This document shows, one piece after another, positions 48,785-59,655 of a stretch of DNA of 64,000 nucleotides (position 1 is its first letter; every line of letters starts with the position of its first letter). Below the pieces are notes generated by a model, which saw only the letters and a list, made by a program, of their open reading frames with translations, made no database searches and was not told where the DNA came from. Position numbers and translations under genes: made by a program. The stretch comes from Clostridia bacterium (GTDB lineage Bacteria; Bacillota; Clostridia; TANB77; CAG-465), in assembly GCA_017626395.1 (NCBI GenBank), contig JAGAIU010000015.1, positions 3,746-67,745 of the forward strand, read 5' to 3'.

Positions 48785-50167
48785 ATGGAATATATTATGA
48801 TTGGTGTAATTGTAGTAATCATGATTATATGTGTAATTATGTTTGTTTCAATTGGAAAGAAAGATAAAAAAGAGTCAACTAAAAGTAATACTCAAGCAAC
48901 AACTAACAATACAACTAGTGCTCCAAAAGATAAAGTAAAAAAAGAAGATGTTTTTAAATTTATGGAGTTTGATAGAATATCTGACAACATGATTATTCAA
49001 AATGGCGGTAAAAGATATACTATGGCAATAAAGTGTAAAGGTATAAATTACGATTTGATGTCAGAAGTCGAACAAATGGCCGTAGAGCAAGGATTTATAA
49101 CTTTTTTGAATACATTAAAATATCCAATTCAACTTTATGTACAAGCTCAAAACATAGATTTAAAACATGTTGTTAATGGATACAAAAAAAATATTGCAGG
49201 TTTAAGAGAAGAATATAATAAATATAATAAACTTTCAGAAGAAAAAAGTGGAATATTTGATATCAACAAAGATGAAGTTGAGGAAATATTAAATGAAAAA
49301 ACTAAAATAATGAATGTTTATGAATATGCTAACGATATTATATCTTATGTCGAAAAAATGAGTGTTAATAAAAATTTATTACAAAGAAATTTCTATGTTT
49401 TAGTATCATATTCTAAAGGCGATATAGTAGCTGCAGATAAATTTACTAAAGAAGAAATAAATGAAATGTGCTATACAGAATTGTTAACAAGATGTAATTC
49501 TATAATAAGTGCTCTTGCTTCTTCATCAGTAAGTGGTAGAGTATTAAACTCTAATGAATTGGCAGATTTATTATATATTGCATATAACAGAGATGATAAG
49601 AGCTTAATGGGAGTTAGAGATGCACTAGAATCTGGATTCTATAGATTATACTCTACTTCTGTAGATGCCTTCCAAAGAAAAGATGAAATGCTAAATGAAG
49701 CTATATCTGCTGAAGCTAGATTAAAAGCTATAATGAGTTTAGAAAAACTTATAGAGGAAGATAATTATCAAACAGATTCAATGCTTGAACTTGAAACAGA
49801 AGAACAAATTGCTAAAGAAGCAACAGAACTTATAAAATCAGATAATAATATTGCTCCAGATATTAAACAAAGAGCGACTGATGACATAATTGAAGAATAT
49901 AGAGAAATAAAGAAAGAATATTTACCTAAAATAGAAGAAGAAAAAGCAGAAAAGGCAAAGGAAGTTCAAGAGGAAAAAGAAATTTTAAAAGAAAAATATG
50001 AAAATAGTGATTTGCATAGATTAAATAACCATAAAAAAGAAGTTATTAATTTATATAATGAAGAAATAAAACAAGAAAAAGAAGAATTAAAAAAAGTTAT
50101 AGATGCTAATTCAGAAGGTACTTCTTATGAAGAAGAAGATTCTGGTGAAAATGACTCTATATTATAA
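48785..50167 (+). CDS. T4SS-associated membrane-anchored protein of unknown function (E/K-rich coiled-coil C-terminus)
   Basis: N-terminal TM helix. Operon position between the VirB3-like and VirB4-like genes. Confidence 0.3.
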   Translation: MEYIMIGVIVVIMIICVIMFVSIGKKDKKESTKSNTQATTNNTTSAPKDKVKKEDVFKFMEFDRISDNMIIQNGGKRYTMAIKCKGINYDLMSEVEQMAVEQGFITFLNTLKYPIQLYVQAQNIDLKHVVNGYKKNIAGLREEYNKYNKLSEEKSGIFDINKDEVEEILNEKTKIMNVYEYANDIISYVEKMSVNKNLLQRNFYVLVSYSKGDIVAADKFTKEEINEMCYTELLTRCNSIISALASSSVSGRVLNSNELADLLYIAYNRDDKSLMGVRDALESGFYRLYSTSVDAFQRKDEMLNEAISAEARLKAIMSLEKLIEEDNYQTDSMLELETEEQIAKEATELIKSDNNIAPDIKQRATDDIIEEYREIKKEYLPKIEEEKAEKAKEVQEEKEILKEKYENSDLHRLNNHKKEVINLYNEEIKQEKEELKKVIDANSEGTSYEEEDSGENDSIL

Positions 50168-50186
50168 TTAAGGAAGGAGAGAAAAA

Positions 50187-52196
50187 ATGTCTAAAAAAGT
50201 TAAAGAAAAAAAAGTTTCTAGAAAAGAACTAAGAAGAATGCAAGCTAGACTTGATGAATTAAATAAACTTGGAGAATTAGACGGTAGCGATAGTGTAGAA
50301 TATAATGGAATGAACTTAAATAAATCAACTCTACATGATCTTTTAGCTCCTTCAGGGATAGATGCAACACACTATGATTATTTAGAAATATTTTCAAAGA
50401 TATCTAGATTTGCTAGAACATTTTATGTTACAACTATTCCAAGACAAGCTACATTCCCATATTTCTTATCAGGAATATATGAATTTGGAGATGTAAACAC
50501 CTCTGTATATATTACTCCTGTGCCAGAAAGTGTTTCACAAAATGATTTAAATAAAACAATTGTAGAATTACAGTCTGAAAGATTTGTTGCACAAGATAGA
50601 GGAGATATTAACAGAGAAGCTACTTTATCTACAAAACAAGCAGAAGCAGAAGCTTTGAGAGATCAGATTGCTGCAGGATATAATAAATTATTTGAAGCAA
50701 CCATTATATGTACAGTTTTTGCATATAGCAAATTAGAATTAGATAAATTGTCTGAAATATTATCAATGGAAGCATCTAAAAATCAAATTGGATTGAAAAC
50801 TGCATGGGCTTTGCAAGAAGAAGGATTTAAATCGAATCTTCCATTAAATAATAATAGAATAACAAGAAAACATACTTTCGATAGAGGTTCAATGGCTACA
50901 GTATTCCCATTCGTTAATGCTGAAGCAGGAATGGATACTGGTATTCCTATAGGAATAAATGTTCAAACAGGATTACCGCTTCTATTCGATAACTTCAACC
51001 ACACATTAACAAACTATAACATGATTATATTTGGTAAATCAGGTTCTGGTAAATCTGTTACAATTAAAACTATAATGGCTCGTTCAGCTATATTAACAGG
51101 TGTTGAAAACTTAGTACTTGATGCTGAAGGAGAATATGTTGTAGTTGCTGAAGCACTTAGAGGAATTAACATAGATGTTAGTCCAAAGAGTGATACAATA
51201 ATAAATATCTTTGATCTTGAATCTGAATTAGTAAAAGACGAGATTACAGGTAAAGAAAGATATGAATTAAATATCGAAAATAAAGTAGAAGACGTTACAC
51301 AAGCTCTAGTAACAATGGCTAGAGGTGCTACAAAATCTACAGAAGTTACAGAGTTAACAAAACAAATAATAGCAGAAATTGTTTTAGAATGTTATAAAGC
51401 TAAAGGTATTACAAATGAAGTTGAATCATTATTTTCAGATACTGATGGCGGGTTAGGAAGAGCTAAAAAGCCGATGCCTACAATCAGTGAATGGTATGAC
51501 AGACTTGTAAGAAAAAGAGAAGAAAATGAAAATGATACATACAGATATCATTACGATTATCTAGTAAAAGTTATGAAACAATTCTGTAGAAAATATAATG
51601 GACAAATGGCTTACTTTGATGGTCAATCTACATTCGAACTATTAGAAGAATGTCCGTTTATAAATATTAACATATCGCAACTTGAAGAAAGATTTGCAAG
51701 ACCACTTGCACAACAAATATTACTTTCTTGGATTTGGGAAAAATATGTTAAGAAAAATAGTGAAGATAAATCGAAAGCAAGAAAGAAAAGAGTTCTTGTA
51801 GATGAGGCATGGATGTTATTAGCATATCCAGAAGCCGTAGATTTCTTAAATACAATGGCTAGACGTGCAAGAAAAAGAAATGTATCTCTAACAGTTGTAT
51901 CTCAAAAATTCCAAGATTTCTATGAGAATAAAGCCTGTCAGGCAGTATTAACATCTGCTGAAACAAAATTATTCTTAGCTCAAGATAAATCTGAAATTGA
52001 ATATTTAAAAGAAGTATTTAAGTTGAGTGATGGTGAAGCTCAATTCTTAATAACATGTTCTAGAGGTGAAGGATTAATAAAAATTGGATACACTTCAGCT
52101 GTTATTGCAATTAAGCCTACAGAAAGAGAATTTAAATTCGTAGAAACAAACTTAAATAAATTAAGAGAAGCAGAAAATAATAAAGGAAGGGAGTAG
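50187..52196 (+). CDS. VirB4/TrbE/CagE-family T4SS ATPase
   Basis: Walker A FGKSGSGKSVT at about residue 285 and Walker B RVLVDEAWMLL (the DEAW motif is typical of VirB4). Confidence 0.7.
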   Translation: MSKKVKEKKVSRKELRRMQARLDELNKLGELDGSDSVEYNGMNLNKSTLHDLLAPSGIDATHYDYLEIFSKISRFARTFYVTTIPRQATFPYFLSGIYEFGDVNTSVYITPVPESVSQNDLNKTIVELQSERFVAQDRGDINREATLSTKQAEAEALRDQIAAGYNKLFEATIICTVFAYSKLELDKLSEILSMEASKNQIGLKTAWALQEEGFKSNLPLNNNRITRKHTFDRGSMATVFPFVNAEAGMDTGIPIGINVQTGLPLLFDNFNHTLTNYNMIIFGKSGSGKSVTIKTIMARSAILTGVENLVLDAEGEYVVVAEALRGINIDVSPKSDTIINIFDLESELVKDEITGKERYELNIENKVEDVTQALVTMARGATKSTEVTELTKQIIAEIVLECYKAKGITNEVESLFSDTDGGLGRAKKPMPTISEWYDRLVRKREENENDTYRYHYDYLVKVMKQFCRKYNGQMAYFDGQSTFELLEECPFININISQLEERFARPLAQQILLSWIWEKYVKKNSEDKSKARKKRVLVDEAWMLLAYPEAVDFLNTMARRARKRNVSLTVVSQKFQDFYENKACQAVLTSAETKLFLAQDKSEIEYLKEVFKLSDGEAQFLITCSRGEGLIKIGYTSAVIAIKPTEREFKFVETNLNKLREAENNKGRE

Positions 52197-53675
52197 GTGA
52201 AAAAAATGAAGAAATTTTTAAAATATTTTCTTATAGTATTCTTAGCAATATTTTTGATAGAATATGCTCAAACCAATGTTTTTGCAGCTGTTAATAGTGG
52301 ATATTATTCACCACCAATAGTAGAGGAAAGTACTCTAACTGATGATGGGACAAACGATGATGTTAAATCAAAAACAGTTGGAGATACAATAATGCAATAT
52401 ATAGGAAGATTTATATATTCTGTTGCTAGTATTGTTGAAATTTTGATAACAAATTTCTCTAAATGGTTATTCAAGGTAGATTGCTTTCCATGGGAAGATT
52501 ATATTGTATATAATTCTTTACCATATCTAGATATAAACTTTTTTAATTATGGCCAAGGATCGATATTTGATGTGGGCAGTGTAAGTAAAGTAGGAGATAT
52601 GATTAGAACAGTATACTTTTCTTTACTAACAATGGCAATTTCTATTATAGGTATAGGTGTTGCAATTACAGCTATTAGATTAGCAATTTCTAGTATTGCT
52701 GCTGAAAAAGCAAAATATAAAGAGGCAATAACTAAATGCTTATATACCGTTGTAATGCTATTTTGTGTACACTTTTTAATTTCATTTATTTTTTACTTAA
52801 ATGAAACGATTGTTTCAGCATCTTCTACAATGCTAAAAAATCTTATAAACAAAGAAGAGCAAGAGATGTTGGAAGCAGCAGCTAAAAATGTTGACACTAG
52901 CGCAGTAGACAAATTTATTAGAGAAAACTCAATGGCCCACCCAGAAGATATGGGTGATTCGGTTGCGACTTTATTACACCCATCATATGTAGCTACATGG
53001 GATGCTTTAAGCTTACACGAGGATTTTGATGATTGGGTAGCTGCTTATCAAAATAGATATAATACGCAAATAAGTTCATTAAATAATTTTGTAGAATATG
53101 GCTGTGATACTTCTATGCCAAAGAAATTTTATGCATATCTTTTAAAGAAAGATAGTTATAAAAATAGTAGTCGTATAGATTTATTATTTGTTGGCGGTGA
53201 GTTGATAGGAGCAAGTTTTGGATCTGTAGAGAGTCCAGATAGAGTTTGGTCATCATTATTAAATGTTCAAAATGATGTAGGTAATTTGATAAGTGCATAT
53301 AGAACATATAAAATTAATACATATTTTGGACAAGAAGATACTTCTCTTGAAACATTAAGAGCTTCTTATTCAGAATCTCAACGTAATACTGGATGGTATA
53401 AAGTAATAGAAAATTGTTATTCAACTTTAATTAAAGCAGATGAACAAGCTATACCTAATGTTATATCAAGTTTAGCAGAGCTATTTAAAGATAATGCAAC
53501 AGGTGGTATTGCTAGCAATGATATAGATTATGTTTCAGTATTACTATATGCTATTCTTTTAATTCAATCTTTAATGTTGCTTATAAATTACATAAAGAGA
53601 TTATTCTATGTTACATTATTATCTTTATTAGCACCAATTGTAATAATATATGATTTCTTTATTAGTGCAATATAA
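52197..53675 (+). CDS. VirB6/TrbL-like polytopic membrane protein (putative)
   Basis: Signal peptide and at least 5 TM helices. Hydrophobic C-terminus LLYAILLIQSLMLLINY... Confidence 0.4.
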   Translation: MKKMKKFLKYFLIVFLAIFLIEYAQTNVFAAVNSGYYSPPIVEESTLTDDGTNDDVKSKTVGDTIMQYIGRFIYSVASIVEILITNFSKWLFKVDCFPWEDYIVYNSLPYLDINFFNYGQGSIFDVGSVSKVGDMIRTVYFSLLTMAISIIGIGVAITAIRLAISSIAAEKAKYKEAITKCLYTVVMLFCVHFLISFIFYLNETIVSASSTMLKNLINKEEQEMLEAAAKNVDTSAVDKFIRENSMAHPEDMGDSVATLLHPSYVATWDALSLHEDFDDWVAAYQNRYNTQISSLNNFVEYGCDTSMPKKFYAYLLKKDSYKNSSRIDLLFVGGELIGASFGSVESPDRVWSSLLNVQNDVGNLISAYRTYKINTYFGQEDTSLETLRASYSESQRNTGWYKVIENCYSTLIKADEQAIPNVISSLAELFKDNATGGIASNDIDYVSVLLYAILLIQSLMLLINYIKRLFYVTLLSLLAPIVIIYDFFISAI

Positions 53676-53694
53676 TGGGAAATGAGGTGAAGAA

Positions 53695-55062
53695 ATGAAA
53701 AATAAAGTATTTGGTGTATGGTTAAGAGAACTTTGCTCATTAGTTTTTGTACAAAGTATACAAGCATTACTTTTTACTATAATGCTTACATTGGTAGTAA
53801 GATTGTACATTGATAAAAACGATAGTGCTGCGGCTCAACAATCTATGGGAGTATATGCTATTTTAGTTATGACAATTATTCCAAAAGTAGAATTACTTGT
53901 AAAAAGGATTTTTGGATTAGGCTCTGGTGTAATGGACGATAGCATGATGGGTGGAAAAAATTCGTTATTAAAAACAGGTTTAGCTATTAGAGGAGCTGCC
54001 AGTTTGTTAAATAACGGAAGAAAAGTTGCAGGAGGCTTGGTTGGATTAGGCTCTGTTGCATTTGGAACAACTAGTAAGAGAACGAGAATTGCAGAAAATA
54101 ATGCAAAAGCTGCAGGAGAATTGAGTAGTGGAAATCCAACTTCTACATCAGCTAGTAGCTCTAGTACACAAACTCGTAGAATTTCAGGTAGTACATCTGG
54201 TGGTGCAAGAGGAAATTTAAGTCTTGGCGATTTAACTACTGCTATAAAAAATGCTAATTCAGAAGATCCACAAGAAGCATTACAAAAAGCTAAACATGAA
54301 GCTAGACAAAAATCATTAGAAAGCTTAAAAGCTATAACATCTGGTGTTACTGAAACAGTAGGTGCGATAGGAGGTGCCTCACTTGGTGCTGTTGTAGGAT
54401 TAGGAATGGGTGGAGATGATATATTAACAAATGCTGCTATTGGTGCTGGTATAGGAGATAAGGCTGGGAAATTAGCTGTAGATGCTACTATTGGCAATGC
54501 TGCTAAATTTGAAAATTGGCAATATGACTATAGTACAGTTTCTCAAAAATTAAAATCATCTGAAGCTAAATTAAAGAAAGCAGAAGAAGAAAAAGAAGCT
54601 CAAAAAGCATATGAAGCAACTGTGGCGAAAACACAAAATGTAAAAGGAGCAAGAGGCACAGTTTCATCGGTTGGAGCAACTAGAGTAACAAATTCTTCAC
54701 CAGCAACTGCTACTAAAAAGAATGTTTCAAAAAATTTAAGTGCACCAGCAAAACAATATTATGAAAAAGCCAAAGCGGCTAAAGCTCAAGGTAATATGGA
54801 AGAATATAAGAAAAATAGAGAACTAGCTGCTGCTGTTATAAAAGGGGAAAAAACTATGAAGAACCCAACAAGACCAGTCCAAACATCAGCATCTTCAAAT
54901 TCTAGTGGACCAATAACAACACCATCTTCTAGAGATAAATCTGTTGTAAAAAGTATAGCTAGACATAAAAAGACTAATATACAATCAGATAGAAAAATAC
55001 ATGGTCCTGCAAATAATGCACCAACTATTAATAATAATATAAATAGTATTGATGGAATGTAA
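53695..55062 (+). CDS. membrane protein with a long Gly/Ala/Ser-rich low-complexity region
   Basis: 2-3 N-terminal TM helices followed by G/A/S/T-rich repeats. Confidence 0.3.
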   Translation: MKNKVFGVWLRELCSLVFVQSIQALLFTIMLTLVVRLYIDKNDSAAAQQSMGVYAILVMTIIPKVELLVKRIFGLGSGVMDDSMMGGKNSLLKTGLAIRGAASLLNNGRKVAGGLVGLGSVAFGTTSKRTRIAENNAKAAGELSSGNPTSTSASSSSTQTRRISGSTSGGARGNLSLGDLTTAIKNANSEDPQEALQKAKHEARQKSLESLKAITSGVTETVGAIGGASLGAVVGLGMGGDDILTNAAIGAGIGDKAGKLAVDATIGNAAKFENWQYDYSTVSQKLKSSEAKLKKAEEEKEAQKAYEATVAKTQNVKGARGTVSSVGATRVTNSSPATATKKNVSKNLSAPAKQYYEKAKAAKAQGNMEEYKKNRELAAAVIKGEKTMKNPTRPVQTSASSNSSGPITTPSSRDKSVVKSIARHKKTNIQSDRKIHGPANNAPTINNNINSIDGM

Positions 55063-55079
55063 TTTAAAGAGGTGATTTA

Positions 55080-55619
55080 GTGAATAAAATTATTAATTTT
55101 TTTGAAGAAATGAGTATAAGAGATAAAATAATTACTTTAGTTGTTATCTTAATTTTATTAATAATAGTTACAACTCAATATGAAAAATATAAAGAAAATG
55201 TTAATAATATATATACCTCTAAATTAGATTATAAGTCACTTACATCAGAATCACTATTAGAAAATTATTCTGAAAATTATAGTAATAGAGATGTTTATTA
55301 TACAATTAATCAAATAATAGAAAATATGAACAATGAGTATGATAAAAAGAAAAATAATTATAAAATGTACTATGAGACTGTTGATTATAATTATAGTAAA
55401 AAAATATCAAAAAAAACTTTTTCAAATAAGCTATATAGCTTATTTGAAAAAGTAAATAATTCTGATGGTGAATATGGAATACGTATGTATTGTGAAAATA
55501 TAATTTCTAATACTTTTGTAGTACAAGTGTATGTTGATGATACTATAATAGGTTATATAGGAATAATTTTTAATACTGATAACAGTACATATTCTATTTT
55601 CTATGTTGAAACATTATAG
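55080..55619 (+). CDS. hypothetical membrane-anchored protein (GTG start)
   Basis: RBS AGAGGTGA, one TM helix. Confidence 0.3.
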   Translation: MNKIINFFEEMSIRDKIITLVVILILLIIVTTQYEKYKENVNNIYTSKLDYKSLTSESLLENYSENYSNRDVYYTINQIIENMNNEYDKKKNNYKMYYETVDYNYSKKISKKTFSNKLYSLFEKVNNSDGEYGIRMYCENIISNTFVVQVYVDDTIIGYIGIIFNTDNSTYSIFYVETL

Positions 55620-55639
55620 TATAATTTTGGAGGTAATAT

Positions 55640-56479
55640 ATGATTAAACAATTTTTAAAAGATAATGAAGAAAATGTTATATCTTTTGTTACTATATTTA
55701 TTATAATAGTTGGTGTAATAATTATTATTTCAATGTGGATATCCAATGTTTTCAGTAAAAAAGAAGAAGAACCACGTATTAATTCGTATACGAATATAAG
55801 TTATTCTGAAATTATGAAAGAGGAATACGAAAATGTTCTATATAGACTATTAAAAGTTAATAACTATGAACAATTATATGAGAAAATAGATAAAAATTAT
55901 TTATTAAAAAATAATTTAGAATCAATTGATGCTAAAAATTTTTTGATAAAAAATAATTATATAGGAAATGAAATAGAAATAATATCTTGTAATGTTATAA
56001 AATCTGATGAAATATACATATTTAGGTTTTATTATAAGAATTATTCAGCTTATAAACATGTAAATGTAGTAGAATATAAGCCAAACGAATATTATATTTC
56101 TTTTGAAGAAGAAGTAAATTCATTGTTAGATAAAAAATCTATAGTTAAAGGCGAAGAAAATGGAATAAGTTATGAGTTAGAATTATTAGATATTAAAACT
56201 GATTCAGTTAAATTTAAAATTAATATAACTAATAATAATTCTTTACCGATAAATATAGATTTTAATGATATTAATTCTTTTACTATTTTAGGTAATGAAT
56301 ATAGCATACCACTTGCTAGTGTAGTAGCACAAGATAAAAATGAAATAACTCAATATTCATCAGTAAATAAAGAATTATATTTTTTAATTTCAAATAATGA
56401 TTACGAAGTTTGTGATGGTATACAAATAAATAACATAGAAATGAACGGAGAATATTTTGATATTTTAATTGAATTATAA
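55640..56479 (+). CDS. hypothetical membrane-anchored protein
   Basis: RBS GGAGGT, one TM helix. Confidence 0.3.
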   Translation: MIKQFLKDNEENVISFVTIFIIIVGVIIIISMWISNVFSKKEEEPRINSYTNISYSEIMKEEYENVLYRLLKVNNYEQLYEKIDKNYLLKNNLESIDAKNFLIKNNYIGNEIEIISCNVIKSDEIYIFRFYYKNYSAYKHVNVVEYKPNEYYISFEEEVNSLLDKKSIVKGEENGISYELELLDIKTDSVKFKINITNNNSLPINIDFNDINSFTILGNEYSIPLASVVAQDKNEITQYSSVNKELYFLISNNDYEVCDGIQINNIEMNGEYFDILIEL

Positions 56480-56490
56480 GGAGGTAAAAT

Positions 56491-59400
56491 ATGAACGAGT
56501 ATCCAAACGAGCCAAATCAGCTTGGAAATCAAGAAAATAATCAACTCGAAAATCAACAACAAGTAAGCAAAAGTTATACTCCTTCTAATATATCTAAAGC
56601 TACTAATTTAGGAAATAATATTTATAGAGCTACAAAAAAAGCTGCAAATTTGGTTAAATCTGCTGTAAAAGTTATGGCTAAAGTTGCAGGAAATATAATG
56701 AAATTTATTATCACTAATCCCTATCTTTTAGTAGCAATCGTAATAATATTTTTTATCTTAGTAATAGTAGTTGCGATAGCAAATAATTGGAAAAATCTAT
56801 TTACTTTTGAAAATGTAGATAATAGTTCTAAATCAGTTATTGAGTCGTGGGATGAAAGTAATATGACTGAGCAGCAAGAGTTAGCTAAAAGTTCTTATGA
56901 AAAAACAGGCTCATTAATGGATTTTACTGTCAATGATTTAAATAAATTTAAGGGAGATGTCGAGAAAAAAAGTGAAGGATTAAAATTTAATCAATCTCAA
57001 TTAGAGATTTATAAAGGATTACTAAAAGAATTTGGAACTAGCAACGTTCTTAGCTCTCAAAGAATTGTAAGTCCCGATGACAAAGTGTCGCTTTATGAAC
57101 ATATGTTATCTATTTCTAAATATGATTTTAATGCTGTTAAATGGAAAAGATATGGACATGGCATAGATGGCGAAGACTCTCCTTTGAAGGAAGATTTAGA
57201 GTTAGGAGTAAGATATCCAACTGATCAAAACGAAACAGAGTATGAAACTTTTTCTAGTTTGTTAAAGCCATATTTATTGTCTTATGAAGTACCTTTATCG
57301 TTCTTTTCTGGATTGATTTCAGATTCTAATTCTACAATTGATGCTTCAACTGCTATGACATATATGATAACTAAATATGCTTTGAGCGATATTACTGTAA
57401 ATCGATATGATGTTCAAAAATATAATTTAGCAACTTATTATAGAGATTATGACTATAATGTTTATTATTCTTCATTTAATGTAACATTTACTCCACAATC
57501 TGATGGAACTTATTCTATAAGTTACTCAGGTTTAAATCAAAATCATGTTTCTACAGGCCATGTGAATACAGCTCAAAATTCTAACGGAGAGCTAGATGTT
57601 ATGTTAGAAACTGCTATACCTGATAAATCTTATGTTTCATATGATAATAGATATTATATAGCAGAAGCTAATATATTTGATTTAAAAATAAATAACACAT
57701 ATAAATATACACCTTATTCACAATCAGATGTAGATAATAGAGTGTATGCAGATTCAACTGATGTTACAGAAGAATACTATGCAGAAGATATAAATGGACA
57801 AAATAAAGTGGAATTTATAAATATGCCTTTAGGAGCTTGTTCAAATGTTAGTGATGCCTTAACTAGTATATCTTTAGCAAACCATTCAGGACATGGTGAA
57901 GGTACTACCTCAGAAAGTGGTGCTATTACGTATACTTTTTCTAGTGGAAACTATGAAGTTAGAGAGGGAAAGACATTTAATGTAAACAGAACATGGGAAG
58001 ATAAATTATCTCAAACTGAAAAAAAAGAAGAATTTTACAAGTTAAGTGATCTTATACAATATAATCAAAATTGTTCTGTTGGTACTTTTTCTGAAGAAGA
58101 TTTGAGGAGTGATGATAAGAGCTTTAATTATTATACTTTATTAGAAGAACAAGAAAGATTGAATAGAATAGATTTCTTTAATGCAAATCCTAATATTTAT
58201 TATAAATATTTATTAGATGTTCCCTATGCTAAATATGTTGGAAGACATAGAGATGCATTAGAACAATTATGTTATTATAACTTAACGGAAAATTGGCAAA
58301 ATTTAGTTGATGAGTATAAGAATTTTCCATATGCTTATGGTAAAACATATGATTTTCATAAATCAGGTTCTGGAACAACTTATGTTTCAGGTATAGCATT
58401 GTTAAAACAATATATACACACTTTTGAAGGAGACGGAAGCTATTCAGGTGGTGGAAGGTTTGATGAAAATTATAATAAAGTAAGTAATGATGCAGATGCT
58501 AAATATTATAAAGTATATAGTGCAAATGATGGTGTGCATACTGTTGGATATGGTGTAAACATGGAAGCAAATGCACCTGCCTTTTTAGAACATGGTATAG
58601 ATGTTTCTACAGTTAATTTTGGAGATTATATTGACAAAGCTATTGTAGATCAGATAGAAGATAAAATAATACAAGGTAGAATAGATACAATAAAAGGTTT
58701 AACAAATGGAATTGAACTAACAGAATATCAATTACATGCATTGGTATCGCATTCATATGTTGCAGGTAATATAAATTATTTTGTAGATGCATACACACAA
58801 TATTGGAATCAAGAAAATGATGATAAGTATGAAGAACTATATGAGAAATATAAAGATAGCCCAGAATCAGCTTCAACTATAATGAGTGAAATTGATTTCA
58901 GCAATGGAATATTTGACGCATTTTTCTCTTTCTATAATAATAGAGCTCTAAATGAAAAATATGCTGGATATGCAACAAGACAAAAATCTGAATATACATT
59001 ATTTTCAAGTGGATATTATAGTACATTAAAAAGATTTTGGACTAGTAGTGCAGGTACTCCAAATGGACTTCAATTAACAAATGGTGATACGATAGATGAT
59101 AATGCTTGTCTAGAATTAGAACTTTGGTATGAACAAAATGTATTTGGTGGAAAATTCTCTGCTGGTACAGATTTATATGGATATAAAGCTGAAAAGGCAA
59201 CAGATTCACAAAATAACGATTCTAAAAATGCTGTTAATCCTGAATATGATGCTTTAGCTACAGGATCATACTATTATCAATGTCCATGGTGGTCTAGACT
59301 TAGAGCTAATATGTATTTAAGAGATATGGGGTCAGATAAAGTTTTAACTGGTGCTACTGGTGATGGTAGAGATGCAGCTAGAAAAGCTGCTTCACAGTTA

Positions 59401-59646
59401 GGATTAGAGCTTAATACTTCTATAGATGGAATAAGACCATTCTCTATTATTTCTTTTGATAAACCAGGAAGTGGACATGGACATACTGCTTTTGTTGAAG
59501 CTGTTACTAGCGAATATATAATTCTTAGCGAGTGTTCATCAGGATGGTATTGGAATGGAATAAGTATAGTTCCAAGATCAAGATTAACAAGCACAAGCTC
59601 ATCTTATTATTTTACAAGTTCTGTTTGTTTAACAGATGCTTTATAG
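56491..59646 (+). CDS. VirB1-like bifunctional cell-wall hydrolase: membrane anchor, lysozyme-like domain and C-terminal CHAP peptidase domain
   Basis: TM helix at about aa 70-95. Central lysozyme-like region (GVHTVGYGVNMEAN...ELTEYQLHALVSHSYVAGN). C-terminal CHAP with Cys (YYQCPWWSR) and His (GHGHTAFVEAV). Confidence 0.6.
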   Translation: MNEYPNEPNQLGNQENNQLENQQQVSKSYTPSNISKATNLGNNIYRATKKAANLVKSAVKVMAKVAGNIMKFIITNPYLLVAIVIIFFILVIVVAIANNWKNLFTFENVDNSSKSVIESWDESNMTEQQELAKSSYEKTGSLMDFTVNDLNKFKGDVEKKSEGLKFNQSQLEIYKGLLKEFGTSNVLSSQRIVSPDDKVSLYEHMLSISKYDFNAVKWKRYGHGIDGEDSPLKEDLELGVRYPTDQNETEYETFSSLLKPYLLSYEVPLSFFSGLISDSNSTIDASTAMTYMITKYALSDITVNRYDVQKYNLATYYRDYDYNVYYSSFNVTFTPQSDGTYSISYSGLNQNHVSTGHVNTAQNSNGELDVMLETAIPDKSYVSYDNRYYIAEANIFDLKINNTYKYTPYSQSDVDNRVYADSTDVTEEYYAEDINGQNKVEFINMPLGACSNVSDALTSISLANHSGHGEGTTSESGAITYTFSSGNYEVREGKTFNVNRTWEDKLSQTEKKEEFYKLSDLIQYNQNCSVGTFSEEDLRSDDKSFNYYTLLEEQERLNRIDFFNANPNIYYKYLLDVPYAKYVGRHRDALEQLCYYNLTENWQNLVDEYKNFPYAYGKTYDFHKSGSGTTYVSGIALLKQYIHTFEGDGSYSGGGRFDENYNKVSNDADAKYYKVYSANDGVHTVGYGVNMEANAPAFLEHGIDVSTVNFGDYIDKAIVDQIEDKIIQGRIDTIKGLTNGIELTEYQLHALVSHSYVAGNINYFVDAYTQYWNQENDDKYEELYEKYKDSPESASTIMSEIDFSNGIFDAFFSFYNNRALNEKYAGYATRQKSEYTLFSSGYYSTLKRFWTSSAGTPNGLQLTNGDTIDDNACLELELWYEQNVFGGKFSAGTDLYGYKAEKATDSQNNDSKNAVNPEYDALATGSYYYQCPWWSRLRANMYLRDMGSDKVLTGATGDGRDAARKAASQLGLELNTSIDGIRPFSIISFDKPGSGHGHTAFVEAVTSEYIILSECSSGWYWNGISIVPRSRLTSTSSSYYFTSSVCLTDAL

Positions 59647-59655
59647 GGGGTAATT

